Shown: positions 1 to 13,361, counted from the stretch's first letter. The stretch: 64,000 nt of DNA from Vezdaea acicularis (GCA_026025075.1 JAPEUI010000022.1:62001-126000); one strand, 5' to 3'. Program-made: numbers and translations. The notes: a model not told the origin generated them from the sequence alone.

Positions 1-3000
1 TCATGTACACGCGCTTTGCCATTGTGAGGTTCAAGCCGACACCTCCTGCTCTCAGACTGAGTAACAATACGACGCCTTTGGCGCTCTTCGCGAACTGGCC
101 GAGCACCGCCGCTCGGGCCTTCTGAGCGATTGAGCCGTCGAATCGTAGGTACGGAATGCCGTCACGAGCTAGCGCCGGCTCAATCATATCCAAAAATGAG
201 GTGAATTGACTGAAGACGACACTCTTCATGAGCGGTGCTTCCCTTCTCGTGCTCTTTAAACTCGCGACCAGGGCTGCGATTTTCGCAGACGAGTTTGCAC
301 CAATCCGACGTAGCGAGACGCGCGGTCTCTCTGCATTATCGTCATACATATCGTCGTCGTGCTTGATAACCTCGAAGATGTCTCGCGGGTTGAGCGCTTC
401 GCGACAACTGAAGCAGCGCGGCCACTCGCCTTTGTCTTTCTGATGCTCGATGTAGTCGAGTAGGCACTTTTTGCATGCTGAATGCCAGCAGCCTGTAACA
501 GCTTGCTCGATCATCGGCTCTTCGCTGCAAATGGGGCATTCGTTGGAGGATTCCTCGAGGATTTGCGTAAGGACATGCGCGCCGTATTTGTTCGCATCTG
601 TTTCTTCGGAGTCGAGCGTAAAGCGGTTGATGAGTTCTTGGAGGTCCATGTCATCTGCTAGCCCATTTGCGATGTCTGCCGCTGCAGCGGCGTCTTCTTC
701 GTCAGCGACGATGCTTTTGTTACGAGTCAAGATCGGGTGACAGCAAGATTGGCGAAGGCGAAGAATCTGTGCGAAAATCGTCGTGTAGCTTTTAAGCAGT
801 GTGCCAGCCTCCACGTTTGCGGCAAATGTCCTCTTTGCGCGGGTGAATATATGATCATAGACCTCTCGCTCCGGTTTCGATAGCTCGATCTCAGAGATGT
901 CGATGGAGCGGGGTGGAAGCGGGACCAGGGCCTCGCCATTCGGGGTTTTCATGTCTTTCGTCCGGCGAAGAACAAGAGGTTCCAGGACCGTTTGCACGAC
1001 GTCCAGGGCGCGGATGAAGTCCTTAGATTCAAACGGGACAGTGATGAATGTTTTCCAGAAGCTGAAATTGCTCCATGGCTCCACACGTAAGAAGCGGACA
1101 AGACTAAAGAGATCCTCTAGTCGGTTAACTATCGGCGTTCCCGTAAGAACCCAGCGATGCTCAGCTGCAAGCTCATAACATGCCTTTGCAGTCTTCGACT
1201 GCCGGTTCTTGATGTGATGGGCCTCATCCAAGATGATACGGAAATATTCGAGAGAGAAGAGACCACCAAGCGAACCACGATTGCCATGGCTCGCAGCTAC
1301 TTGATTGAATTCGGACAAGACAACACCGTAGCTTGTTATGATTAGATCGGGAGCTGAGGCAGCATTTGCCTCACAGCACAGAGTCTGAAGATTAGCTGTT
1401 TTCTCATTGCCATAGTATACCATCGATTTCATCGTGCCCGGTTTGGATGCTCTTTCCGCCTCGCTCTGCCACTGGGCTAGTAGTGACATTGGCGCAATGA
1501 CTAAAGTAGTGCATGGTGCTCGCTCAACGGATGAAGAATCCTTCGGTAGTCTTGGGAGATGATTGACAGAAGATGTCGGCCCAACTTGCCTGCCAGCAAC
1601 GTCGGATTTGTGGGAATGAATTAAGCTGAGCATTTCGATTGTTTTTCCAAGCCCCATTTCTACCATTGTCAATCAGTGTCAAGAGCCATATTTGACCTAC
1701 AGGGAGACTCACCATCCGCCAAGATACCACCCAAGCAGTTCTGTTCTTGGACGGGAAATTCTAAGGAGAGCTCGCCTGAGTAAGGATTCACATAGAAGCT
1801 CTCCTGATCAATCACTATAGGGAGCTCCTGTCCATCGACATCTTTTGTGGGCCAGGCATACTGCTCCCAAAGTGGGTGCATGGACACAGTCCTCTCAGCT
1901 TTCTCATCTTTCTCTTTGCCCATCATCCAGTGCAGGGCCTGCTTCTGATAGTGCCTTAGATCCATATCAAAAGATCCTGCGGGCTGGGCAGCTGGTGTGT
2001 TGAAGTCAAACGATTGAGCTTTCTTATAGAGAGTGTCAAGCTGGTCTTGCTCCAGCTCTTTTCCATCTTCCTCCTCACTTTCCTGTGGAGTAGCTCCAGT
2101 TGTCTCTGTCGTCGGCGCATGCTCTTTCTCTCGCTGCTCCGTAAGCTCAGCTGACTGAAGCAAGCCTTGTCGTTTATGCTCCTCCGCTTTTTGATTTGTC
2201 TTAGAGGGAAGTAAATTTATCTCGTTAAAGAGCTTGATTAGAGCAACCTGCCGTAGACGTAGCTCTTTCTCCTCTTCAGTCTCCTTTGCCTCGAATATAC
2301 CCGTCGTACGATTGTTATCCGCAGGCTTGAAATTGGCCCCTTCGAATGCGGTTCTGAGTAAGGAACATCTAAGTTGAAGATAGATGGTGTCATTTGTTCG
2401 CACCCGATCAGGAGCAAACACACAAAGACCTTCAAACGCGCAAACCTTCTGATCGATTAGTGTCGACACCCAGGCGGCAGTCTCCTTTGGAAGTCGCCCG
2501 ATCTCATCGCCACGGGAATTGGTAAAGCGGACGATGATGTCTCCCCGCTGGTGAAGGTGAGATGCGCGAGGTGGTTGATTTGTTGATGCCTTACCCTTAC
2601 CGCGTGAAGACGTGGCTTTAGATGGTTGGATCTTAGACCGCTCTATCCTGACAGCTTCTCCATGCTTTATCACATTTGTCCCACTTCGAGTGGTCCATCC
2701 GTTCACGCCAAAAGCTCCAATATATCTCGACTTTAGCGGTTCCCTGCGGGTACTTGACTGTTTTCGGTTGGCGCCGCCGCCAATACCTTCGACACCGCTA
2801 CGCACAGAGATTCCCTCGTCTGACTGCTGCCCATTGAGCACAGTCAACGGCCTGGATTGTCGGGACTTTATTGGAGACGGGTTTCTAGCAGTGTCTTGCC
2901 ATGAACCGTCAAAGTACATGTTGATTGCTGATCAAGAATTAGCCACGTCATCTTTCGTATCACCAGCCCTCATGCATGTCCTACCACGCTCTATATTATC

Positions 3001-3354
3001 CCCTGCGGCTTGCCTCAATTTGGACAACGTCGCAGAGGAGATACTTTCACCAACAATACTCTGAAAGAGCTCCGTGTCGAATCCAAGCCCTGTGCTACCT
3101 GGTCTGTTATCGACATTTTCAGATGGGGCCAGTGCCTGTTGACTGATTTCAGTCTGGCTGGACGAATGTGCAAGACCATCATCAGACGTTTCCCGCGTCC
3201 TGACGGAGGAGTTATCGAGTAGATTCTCGCCGTCTTCCGGAAGCACTGGACCTAGTGATGTTGAGGCATCGTGAATAGACTCCGGCTCAGAGTCTTCTTC
3301 GATGAAGAATCTCCGTTTCTTCGCGGGACGGGGATTGTCGTTCGCATTGTGCAT
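1..3354 (-). CDS. RAD5: DNA repair helicase / E3 ubiquitin ligase Rad5 (HIRAN, SNF2 ATPase, RING); 3' end runs off the window
   Basis: Introns at 2928-2984 and 1660-1712 join the ORFs. HIRAN-like region IVRFTNSRGDEIGRLP; motif I GGILADEMGLGKT (split by the intron); ILDEAH; LTGTPIVN; RING CPIC..CWHSACKKC..CFSC; C-terminal SLRAGGVGLNLT. Confidence 0.96.
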
Positions 3355-3734
3355 CGTTCACTTCTTCGGCCGAATGAGTCAAGAAGCGTTTGTGACTTGT
3401 TGACGAAAATCCTCCATCACTCTGAAGTAGCCGAGTTCTTTAAACACGAAAGCCACACGCTCTCACGTGTCTCAATTATAGTGGTTTCCATAAAAGAGCA
3501 GTGCATTTCAACAACGGTTAACTCGATAGAAGCCTCATACAATATGCAAATAATCCTTCAGGAGATATATTTGTTTTATCAACTAATGCTAGCGTACGTG
3601 TAAGATCACAGTGTTCATAGTCCGTGCAGAAGTCGTCAGCCGAACACAATGTAAACCCCTTTTAGCCGGCTAATCACCATCTCGCATCAATACAGGTTGA
3701 CTTAAGGTCTCATCTAGTGCCCTTTATTGATGAG

Positions 3735-5132
3735 TCATAGCGTTTTGATAGGACACCCGTAGCCCTGGAAGATAGGATTGAGATGTGTGAGAGCAAACTC
3801 TAGCACCTGCAAGGGCAGCTGGATCAAATTACTCAGAGAGGCCGGGACTCCGTCTACGATGATTTGATACCACAAGCACAAGACAACCTGCGGATCGAGG
3901 GGAACTTTTCCCTGCTGAATTGATTGAAAATTGATCGCATCAAACGAGCCAGCTGCGGTATTCCCTCCAAGAAGAACCGGGTACGTTGTGTACTGTCTGA
4001 CGATATCGATGTCAGTCTCGGCAAAATCTAGAGGTGTATGTCTATTGTGCCAGTTATCAGGAATCCTTTCAGGCACATGGGTCCAAGTGCCGTCAGGAGC
4101 TTGACTTGCGCCAAACCAAGAACTGGTGGTAGCAAGGTCGGGAGTTCCGTCAGGGCCGTAATTAGGAAATAGTCTGTAAAGGCTGCATCATCCTGGGTAT
4201 CAGTTGGGCTCTAAAAATATACAGGGTGGGGGAGCTGACAAGACTGCGGCTGCGAAGAGGACGAATGCTATAGGTCCGTAGAAGAAATTTGGGTTCTCTT
4301 GAAGTGACTGGTTGTAACGTTGATTTTTGAAAACAGAAAGGCCATTGTAGTCGAATAAGGAGTTGCAAGTTTTATCCATCATGGCGAAGAGAGTGCCATT
4401 AAAGCTATGAATAGGAGTCAGCCGTGGTCAAGACAGCTGCATAATACACTTTCGTACCTGTAGTCGTCACCTCCACCAGTAAAGAAATCGTTCCTAGTCA
4501 ATGACGTGTCTCCCTCAAACTTATTGTGGGTGTTCAAGCCCGTCTCTTGGCCCAGGGCTATTCCCAAGGGGGCAGTCCTAGAGGTGGCATCGCAGCCAAT
4601 AGAAAGCTTGCCGGTTATAACATCTCCATCTACCGTAACTCCCAAGACCGCCAGTGTGATAGCAAAGTCGTAAGCAAGGTTGAAAACGTGCTGCTGTGCA
4701 TCTGTCAGCTCGGCGAGCGTTGTTATACCGTCGTGGCTAATGAAATTGTGATTTGCCAGCGCATTCAAACCAGGACATGGTCCGCGGATGTCATTGGGGC
4801 CTATTAGAGGCAGGTTAGTGGAAGCTGCCCGCTTATGCGCGAGGGATATAACCTGGAGGTGTGTAGTAGTGAGCCGTATCACCAGGAGCAGGGACCTGAT
4901 AGCCGCCAATTCCGGTCCCTGGAAGCGGAAACTTGGCCCCTGAGTATGGGTATTGAGAAGTTATCGGGGCTGCCCCTTGGTGGTTTGAGTTAAAAGGACA
5001 GGAAGATTGCCGCTTGCTTAGATCATGTTCCATGAGCAATGAAGTATCGATACCATGCTCTTTAGCAAGAGAGGGAAAGGCCAAAGATGGTCCTGCTGTA
5101 AGAAATAGTAGGAGGAGCAAGTAAAATGCCAT
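3735..5132 (-). CDS. Secreted heme-thiolate peroxidase (unspecific peroxygenase/chloroperoxidase family, long type)
   Basis: Signal peptide MAFYLLLLLFLTAGPSLAF; proximal motif RGPCPGLNALANH; HNKFEGDTSLTRND (EGD motif); PERIPDNW. Introns about 4801-4852, 4405-4457 and 4183-4239. Confidence 0.92.
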
Positions 5133-7549
5133 GATGCTGGATTTCACAGCTTGAAAATCGAATACGGATAGAAAAGGATAACTACAAGAGGAAGAGGGAC
5201 AGCCGTACGCCTCTTGTTATAACCGCGCACTTTTAACTTGCAATGTCCCTGGCGAAGCCCCGATTCAGGTGCAGAACCATGTTCCCAGCGACAGAAGTGG
5301 AGAGCGCGAACCCCGCAACCGGAAGGATGAGAAGATTCATTGGCCGTCTTGGATGCAGGTCAAGGTTGGTGACAGGCATGGGAGATGGATGCAGTCTGAA
5401 AGGAGCGAATTGGAGTGGGGGTCTCGGTTGAGCGGCTTCCCTTCGGCCCATCTCTTCCCTTTTGAACAAGCAGCAAGCTGATGAACAACGAACGAGTGCT
5501 TCAAAGGTTCGTACTTCCTGTAACCAAAACAGGTTCTCACCCGATCGAGCAGGATCGTTGGGCAGCTGGGAGGGTTGACTTATGCACTAGAAGGAAGAGA
5601 AGCTGCAGGTTGTGTCAAGGCCAGCCAATAAAGTCTATCGCAGAGCCGAGTGGTGGCTTGACGTGGCAAGGACCGGCATTAGACAAGCATATCATTCGTC
5701 CATCCAAGCACGGATTTTCGTGCGGGTCGTCCCGGAACAAGCGGGGTGTAGATCATGGGCGTTGATAAGGTTTTCGGAACCGGGCCCATCGCGCCAGGAT
5801 TCAACCAAATCCCTGTTCAGCGAGGTTTCTGGCCCGACCACGCAATGCGATCACATAAGTCGATGTTGTCCGTTCCTAATCTCTCTTCCAACGCGCATCG
5901 TTACGTAAAAGATCATCATAGCTGCTAGTGTGGCCCCGACCTTCATGACTGTTGGAAGCAGGTGTGAGTGAGAGGTCGCAGCTCATGCATCGGATGTCAC
6001 ACCAGAAGGCAGTCTTAGCTTTCAAGCGCTTGATTTCGTCATGTCCAACATAATGGACATGTACTGTCTCACATTTCCAATTTGGGTCTCTTAATAGCCA
6101 GTAACCAAAACTTGCTTGTTCCGTCTATGTTTCCTTGGTGTTGCTAGTTTATGACATGAACGAGACCCGTTCGAGTTGCTATGAAGCAAAATGCCTACCA
6201 AGGTAGTCTCAGCTACCCCGGATCTCCATAGGGCGCTTGAAAGGAATTTCTACCAATCAAGTTTTGAATCTTTCAAGACCGTGTTTTCGCGCTTATTTAC
6301 TTGTTCGAGAGGTAGCATATCACAATGTGCGTTATGATTGATCCTGGAGGTCTGTGGTGATTACTCTCAATTATATTGAGAGTACCATTATTTGTGGCCG
6401 TTTGCCCATACAGGGTTCATGACGAAGCCTTCCCTTGGAAAGATTGGGCGACTGCTCCATAATGACCAGTGGCCCGGCCAGCACCGACTACCAGGTCGGC
6501 ACACTCTGTTCTGTCGGCAACAACTACTAGGATGAGGCCTTCTACTCAAATACCGCCAGAACGATTGAGGACGTGGTAGAAGATGAAAGTGTAGTATCTT
6601 ATACAGTCCGGGATCGCAGTGCATAGCAGTCGTTTTTGTGTAATTGAGTATGAGCTAGCGCCAGGACCGAATGTCGTTCGTTGGATTCCTATCGTAGGAT
6701 AGCTGCCGAATAGTCTAGCAAAGGCAAGAGTTAGCTGGACTCTACACCGAGCAGCCGCAGGAACAAAATGTCTATTACAATTGTCTTGAACTACATTATG
6801 AGCGTGCGGGAACACGACCTCTAAGGGTTTATCGTTGGATGTTGCTTTCCAGAGGTCGATGAGACTCCACCATCGAACTCAAGAGTATGTTTCCACGACA
6901 GCGACAACGACTTGCCCGTCCGTGGCTACGCGCTTTCTTGGATTTAAGTACAGCGATGTATGGTGGTACATCAGCTGCGGCCTCTTCTAAGCACCCTCTG
7001 AACTGTGAACGAGATGCGGGGGCCATTGTACAAAGATCTACGGACGATTGAAGCAGGGCGACGATGTGCACAGCTTATCGTGCGCATACTCCCATTGAGA
7101 TTTACACCTATTATGGCATGGCCATGTTCTGTGGTATTTATTTTGCTTTAGGCAGACAACTTTCATCTTGTGGGCACCGTATCGTAGTGGGTAAGGGGCC
7201 GCATCACTGGAATCACACGTGTGGTGTCGTTAAGGTGGAAATTCGAAGCTTGTCTTGTCTTTCGGGGCATGGCAAGTAAGAGAATCCCCTTTCGCCTACA
7301 CATTAGTGCAAGCCTTTGGCTTGAGTTGAATTACCACTTTACTACGGAGTGGCGAGTAAACTTGAACCTCCAGTTAGATAGGGCTGTCCCCCAAGTCATA
7401 ACTTTTTGCAGTTTGCGTCTTCCTTTGTGCCATTCTGTTTTGGTGGTGAATGGGATGCTTCGGGCAAAAGGTACCTGCCAAGACCATCACGGCAAACAAA
7501 GGTACTTGACTGAAATCGCTCTGATTGGTCAAATTCTAGCTGGCCGCAA

Positions 7550-7626
7550 GCCCTGACTGGCCGAATGCGGCCTTGTCAGCCTAGCCCCGACATGCTGAGG
7601 CCTAGGTTCGACTCAAGCTCAGGACA
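7550..7626 (+). pseudogene. Degenerate tRNA-like / Pol III-like element
   Basis: A-box-like TGGCCGAATGCGG and B-box GGTTCGACTC; GCCCTGA/TCAGGAC acceptor-like stem (6 of 7 pairs); TTTCTTTT tract downstream. The T-stem does not pair. Confidence 0.25.
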
Positions 7627-8168
7627 ATATTTCTTTTACAGAAAATTGCTACCCCAGATTATTTCTTGGGGTGTCTTCCTACCACTACCATTCCAGATTT
7701 GGTCCGCAGTTAAGTCAACGTAAGTAAAGTGTAGACACGACAGCCTCTGGAGCTTATACTTGGGCCGAGGACACGAGAAGCCACCTAATTATACCTGCTA
7801 CCCTCGCTTGTCGTGTCAGACCTAAAGCCCTGTCTTTGTATATCAGCAGAATCATACGAGTAGGCATAGGAGATCGGCCGGCAATTAGACCAGATGAGGT
7901 CTAAGTGCCAAGCACAATGTTTGTGTCTAAAAGATTGGCCCAATCTCACAGTGGCCGATCAAAGCACAATTACACCATGACAAGAGGGCCTGTGCTAGCA
8001 CTTCCAACCATGCAACAGCTAAGAAATATCGAAAGTAGGCCTCCATAATGCATCACGTTACAAGTCAACGAAATGTAAGGTGAACAAAAGCTGTGACCAA
8101 CTTGAACCTATAACGCTGATCCTGTCTATGGATCAGAACGCACGTAAGAAGCAGGAAAAACGGAAAAA

Positions 8169-10080
8169 TCAGAAATACTTCGAGGGTTCTCCCAGGTACA
8201 GCTGCCATTCATCACACATTTCTTCCTGCCAGTCGATGAACTCTTCGCCACTATTATCGCTGCTATCTTCATTGCTCTCCTTTACTGGCATCCCTTCCAT
8301 CCCATTTTTCTTTGCCAGGAGGACACTTGGGTTTTCGAATGCAGTCCTTAGTACCCTTGCTAGCGCCAACGCTTGCTGGATGCCCAACCCATGTCCGATC
8401 TTCTCCAGCTGCCGAATAATCCAGAAACTCATCGTCCTGCGAGCCCCTTCCATACTGGCAGCGGTGTATAGCGGCCATAGAAGAGAGAAGCCGCCAGCAG
8501 ATCGGCGGGCAGGCGCAAGAGGGGAGCGCGGGTTGCTTACGTCACTTATGTCGAACAGGTAAGGCACGCTCGCACAGATATCGGAAGCCATCTGATCGAG
8601 AATAGTGCGAGAACGGAGGCGTAGGCGGTTGCGTTCGTCTTCGTCAAACGAAGATGTCGCTGGAAGTCGCTTTAGGCAATATAAAAGGCATTCGTTCACA
8701 AGGATCCGGATAGTGCGGTAATTATTCCACACGGAACTATTGACGAAGCTGGCATAGATGTGGTATTGACCTTCAAAGGTATCTTCAGACTCGTCCATCT
8801 CCTTGACTGCCGTGTAGGCCCAGTCAACCTTGATCTGTCTGACCCATGCCGCTAAATCACCGTCCACGGCTAGGACCGAGTTGATGATTTCAGCTTCGTC
8901 GACGAATAAACCGTCTTTTATTGAAGCACGCAGGTTGCAAAGCCGAATGACGATTTCGGAAAACCGGTTGCCGGGTATGTCGGCTTCGTTTTGGAAGTTC
9001 TGGGCGAGCTGTGACAACTCTATGATAATAGAGGGGACATAGATCTCTCTTTGAAGACAGCTAGTGAGCTATTCGATAGTAAGAATCATCATCTCACACG
9101 TGATAGGAGAATGGAACATACAATTTGACGTCGGAGTTGCAGAAACATCATCAGTCCGGCTCTACGTTCGAACTGCTTTTGGCCCCTCAGCTTAAGCAAA
9201 GCAGCTGCACCATCAATGTGGCTCGACCAAGATTTCATTGATTGGGGCGTGTTGCAGGTGAGAGTCTGGGCGAGGGGTCAGTTCATGGGAGGTCTTCGCC
9301 AGACTCTACATTGCGCCTCACTTCAAACATGCCTAGCAGCAAGACCGCGGCAAGAGTCTCGTCTTTCCCAACTTCTACAGAATTCTTCAGTGCAGCATTG
9401 GTCAGGCTCAGAGCTGAGGCGTATTTCGCTCTTGCGGTCAGCAGGGCATCTGAATTATGCTGTATATTCGACAGCGCCGCCATGCCCACGGAGGTGATCG
9501 TGACTGATAGAGCGCCCTTCTCGTGAGACTTGTAAGGAAGCGCGGGAAGATGGGTCAGTTGGCCTCTGGTGATGCCGGACTCTACATAGCTGTGGAAGAA
9601 GAAGCAAGTGGCTTGCTCTTCAGCCGATGGGGAGAGGACTCGGCCTCTTAGAGTCAGTTCCAACTCCTCCGTTGGTAACAGGCCAGGTTTGTTTGATTGG
9701 GAAGAGGCTGCGGCCTCGACACTCGGATCAGGGGCCTTTTTCTGCGCAGTGGCAGCTCGGCGGCCCCTTTGCGGTCCTTTGATGGCCTGTCGAGCACGCG
9801 CCTTACGTGCGACGTCTTCCGACTCGTCCCTGAACATGAGCTCTAGTTGATCCCTGTAACCTGGGCATATCTGGTGTGCTCTGATGCATTGCGTGCATGT
9901 TGGCTCGATTTGGTCACACTAGTATACGTTAGGGAAACAGCGCGATCAAGCCTCGATTAGGGATAGTTGGCCGCAAATGCAGGCAAACGCAAAAAGCGGG
10001 GCAAGGACCATTGCACGTACTTTAATCTTCCGGGCACGGCAATTTGAGCAGCCTCTACTGGGCTTCCCGCAGAATACCAT
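8169..10080 (-). CDS. Zn(II)2Cys6 binuclear cluster transcription factor
   Basis: MVFCGKPSRGCSNCRARKIK, intron 9919-10020, then CDQIEPTCTQCIRAHQICPGYRD gives a complete C6 cluster. The middle homology region lies in ORFs 9283-9837 and 8169-9017 (WNNYR..ICASVPY..LLWPL). Confidence 0.93.
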
Positions 10081-10787
10081 AGTAAAGGGGTATATGACGA
10101 GGAGGGCGATGATGATCGATGAATGAGGCAGGAGTTGCGATCACTATGCGGCGGACGGTGTTGTATGGTGGGTGACAGGCGGGCTCAAGGTAAGCCGATG
10201 ACCGACCTGGAACGCCTCAGGACAGCCGCTTGCACTTCCCTCATGTTGAGCTTAATTCCACAACTCGTCAGCTAGCGGTCCATCCGAAAAGCGGGTAGAC
10301 AATAAACAGGGTGACTAAGGTGCAGCATGGCGATCTCTACCGCGTCGAGTATGCACTGCGAATACAGACGACGTTGTCGGCAGTGGTCGGGCCTATTATT
10401 GCGGTCTTTCTTCCTTTACCGAATCCGGCTAGAGCTAAGCCACGTCGCAGACCCTGACGACCCTCCATCAACGATGCTGTCACCGACAAGGCACTATTTC
10501 CCTCGCAATACTCACCAGATCGAGCTCTGTTCAATTTGGGCTTCACCGTGGATTTTTGGGTTGATGCGTTAAACCGTGATGGTGTCCGTCTTGAGCCTTT
10601 ATAGCCATGGCGCTTTTCATCTTATATATACCGCTGGATATATCATGGCGATGTCTATTGTTCCGATATCTCCATCAAACTCATCTCCCATCTCCCTACT
10701 GCGTTTGATTCTTTCTTAAATCTGCCAGACCGCATTCTGGTCTATTCCAAACGATCTCATAACAGTTCAATTGAAGATACGTCCCTG

Positions 10788-11817
10788 ATGACGATCAACT
10801 ACCGCCATGCTCTGTCCATTCTTGAGCTTGTCGTCTATCTCCCTTGCTTCTTTGTGGCTCTCTTTATCGCCGTTCGCCATGGCTTTGGCAGAAGTTCTGG
10901 CTGGATCTACTTTGTCATATTCACCGTAATTCGGATCGTAGGGTCTGCCACCTCCATCGCCTCGATACCAAATCCTTCAAAGGGCCTGATCACTGCTGCA
11001 ACCATCTGCACATCTATCGGGCTCTCTCCCCTTATCCTAGGATGTGTGGGGCTTCTTTCTAGAGTGTAAGTCTCTCCGATTCTACAAGAGGCGCAGAAGC
11101 GAAAGTTCTAACTCTCTCAACAGTAATCAAAGTATGATATTCAACTTCAAAGCTGCGGTGCACTCTCTGTTCTTTCGCGTCGTTACGCTCGTCACTATCA
11201 TCGCCCTGATACTCTGCCTGGTCGGCGGAATCGATACCACGTCGAGCACGTCCGGTGACGACGGGAAGATCGACTCCAAAACCAAGATCGGCGTCCTAAT
11301 CTTCGTCGCCTCATACATCGGCCTCTGCCTGCTCTACGTGATGGTTGGCGTCCACGTCCGGGGCGCAGAGAAGGGGGAGAAGCGTTTGATCATCGCTGTT
11401 GCGGTGTCCATACCACTCATTCTTGTCCGGCTCATCTACTCCATCCTCACGGCGTACTCGAAGAACCCATCTTTCAACTTCTTCACCGGCTCCGTCACGC
11501 TCAAGCTCGTCATGTCGACCCTTGAGGAGTTTCTCGTGGTGACTACCTGCCTGAGCATCGGCCTCACCCTTCATGTTATTCCTCGCTCCGGTAGCCTGCC
11601 GTTGCGCAGCACTGCCAGCGATCGCGGAGCTCACCACAATAAGAGCCTAGCCGACGATGATACGGCTTATACAAACGCAGGGGCCTTCCAAGCGAATACG
11701 CCTCCTAATGCTTTTTATCCAGATTCAAGCCCGAAGAAGGGACCGTCGAGGTTGGCAAGAGGCGGGCCGATCTCGCAGCTAATCGCCTTGGGAATGAATC
11801 GTTATGGAAGCCGATAA
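10788..11817 (+). CDS. Fungal multi-pass (about 7 TM) membrane protein, RTA1/DUF7702-like
   Basis: Two exons with an in-frame intron at 11066-11123. RHGFGRSSGWIYFVIFTVIRIVG, SIGLSPL, EKRLIIAV..PLILVRLIYS..MSTLEE; about 7 hydrophobic segments. Confidence 0.85.
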
Positions 11818-12347
11818 ATCCAAGAGAAAGAGAAAGGCGGAAGATTATAGAGGTACCGCGTAGCCGAAAATGAGATCTGGATCGAAAGGGGCAATTGGGG
11901 AGTATTGCAGTTGCAGCATCGTCATAGTTAGCGTTTGCATTTCTCATCCCCTTGGTTCTCTCGACTGAGTAGCTGTGTATTTGTACATTATCCATAGATC
12001 TTAGACTCACACTATACGACAGATTTAGAGCAACCGGTCGTTCTCTCCAAATATGCTCCGGGGACACTACTTCATCTATCTTGCTTGCGCTATCGCCAAT
12101 ATCAAACTTGAGGGAAGCATCAACCAGATACTCCCACCTCTAAGCAGGAGCCATTGAAGCCACATCCCTCTTCAAGCACGGGCAGGTACCCCCAGCTTAA
12201 AAGTTATCATCATGTCAACCCTCTCCTCTCTCTCTCCTCCAACTCTCATATACGCCTAAACAGTCATTTATCCAATAAACAGTCCACATATCCAACTACC
12301 AACCCTCCTTCAATCCACCAAAAAAAAAAACGACAACAACAACAAAA

Positions 12348-13361
12348 ATGCGCCCCCGGCCCCATCCCCGTCCCCATCCCCGTCCGCACTTCGCGCCGCC
12401 GCCGCAACAACAGCAGCAACAGCAGCAGCACTTCCCACCTCGCCCTCACCCTCTCCCTCTCCGTCCTCGTCCTCTCCAGCCGCAAGCTCGGCCCTACGTG
12501 CCTCTACGTCTCCTTCTACCCCCTTCACCACCTTCACCACCTTCGCAGCAACCGCAGCCGGAACGACTGCAACAACCGCAGCGATTGCAACAACCGCAGC
12601 TCCTCCCTCCGCGCCCGTTCGAGGGTCAGATTCCCTCGCCTCCGCCGCCGCTGCCACAGCAGGGTGGGAATGGGCTCGCACGACCAACTTCTCACGAGCG
12701 CATCACGAGCCAGCAGACTTTGCCACGGATACGTACATCTGGTCCACCTGCCTGGTCTCCAGGTTCACAGGGCGGGGACAGCCGTGCGACAGCAGTGTCA
12801 GGAGCGGGGTCCGCGGTCCGGGGGGTTTGGGTTGTACATCCCCCCTTCCCCCTCCCTCCCCTTTACCTTGCAAACGGGGCTCCGAACTGACATATCCCCT
12901 TGTCCCAGGACCAACAGCCCTCCACCTTACTCCAACAGGAACGACTCCCCCCCGCACACCTCGCTCTCCCGCCCCCCCTTCCGCAGAGAGTAGAATACGT
13001 ACCTATCCCCACGCATCCCCTTCCCCCTGGGATCTTATACGCGTCTGCCCTCCTCTCCCCTGCCGCAGGTGGTGCAGCAGCAACACCAACACCAACACCG
13101 GCTGTACCTCCGGCCCAGCTCGCGCCGCCGCCGAATACGCCGGGGCCGCTCCGCATCGAGGTCGGTGGGAGTCAGGTTGTTAGTAAGAAGGGAGCGAGGC
13201 GGGAGAGGAGGGAGGAGCGGGTGAGGAGGGAGGTTGAGTGGTTGGAGGGACGGATTGGGGAGGTGGCGATGGAGCTGGAGGGGTTGAGGAGGGAGGTGCG
13301 GCGGTTGAGGGGGGAGGGAGGGGAGGATGGGAGGGGGAGATGGAGGGAGGTAGGGAGATGA
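12348..13361 (+). CDS. Pro/Gln-rich low-complexity protein with C-terminal coiled coil
   Basis: A-rich start context (ACAAAAATG). Intron 12834-12908 (GTACAT..ACTGAC..CCCAG) joins ORF 12348 to ORF 12900 in frame. Ends VRREVEWLEGRIGEVAMELEGLRREVRRL. Confidence 0.6.
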
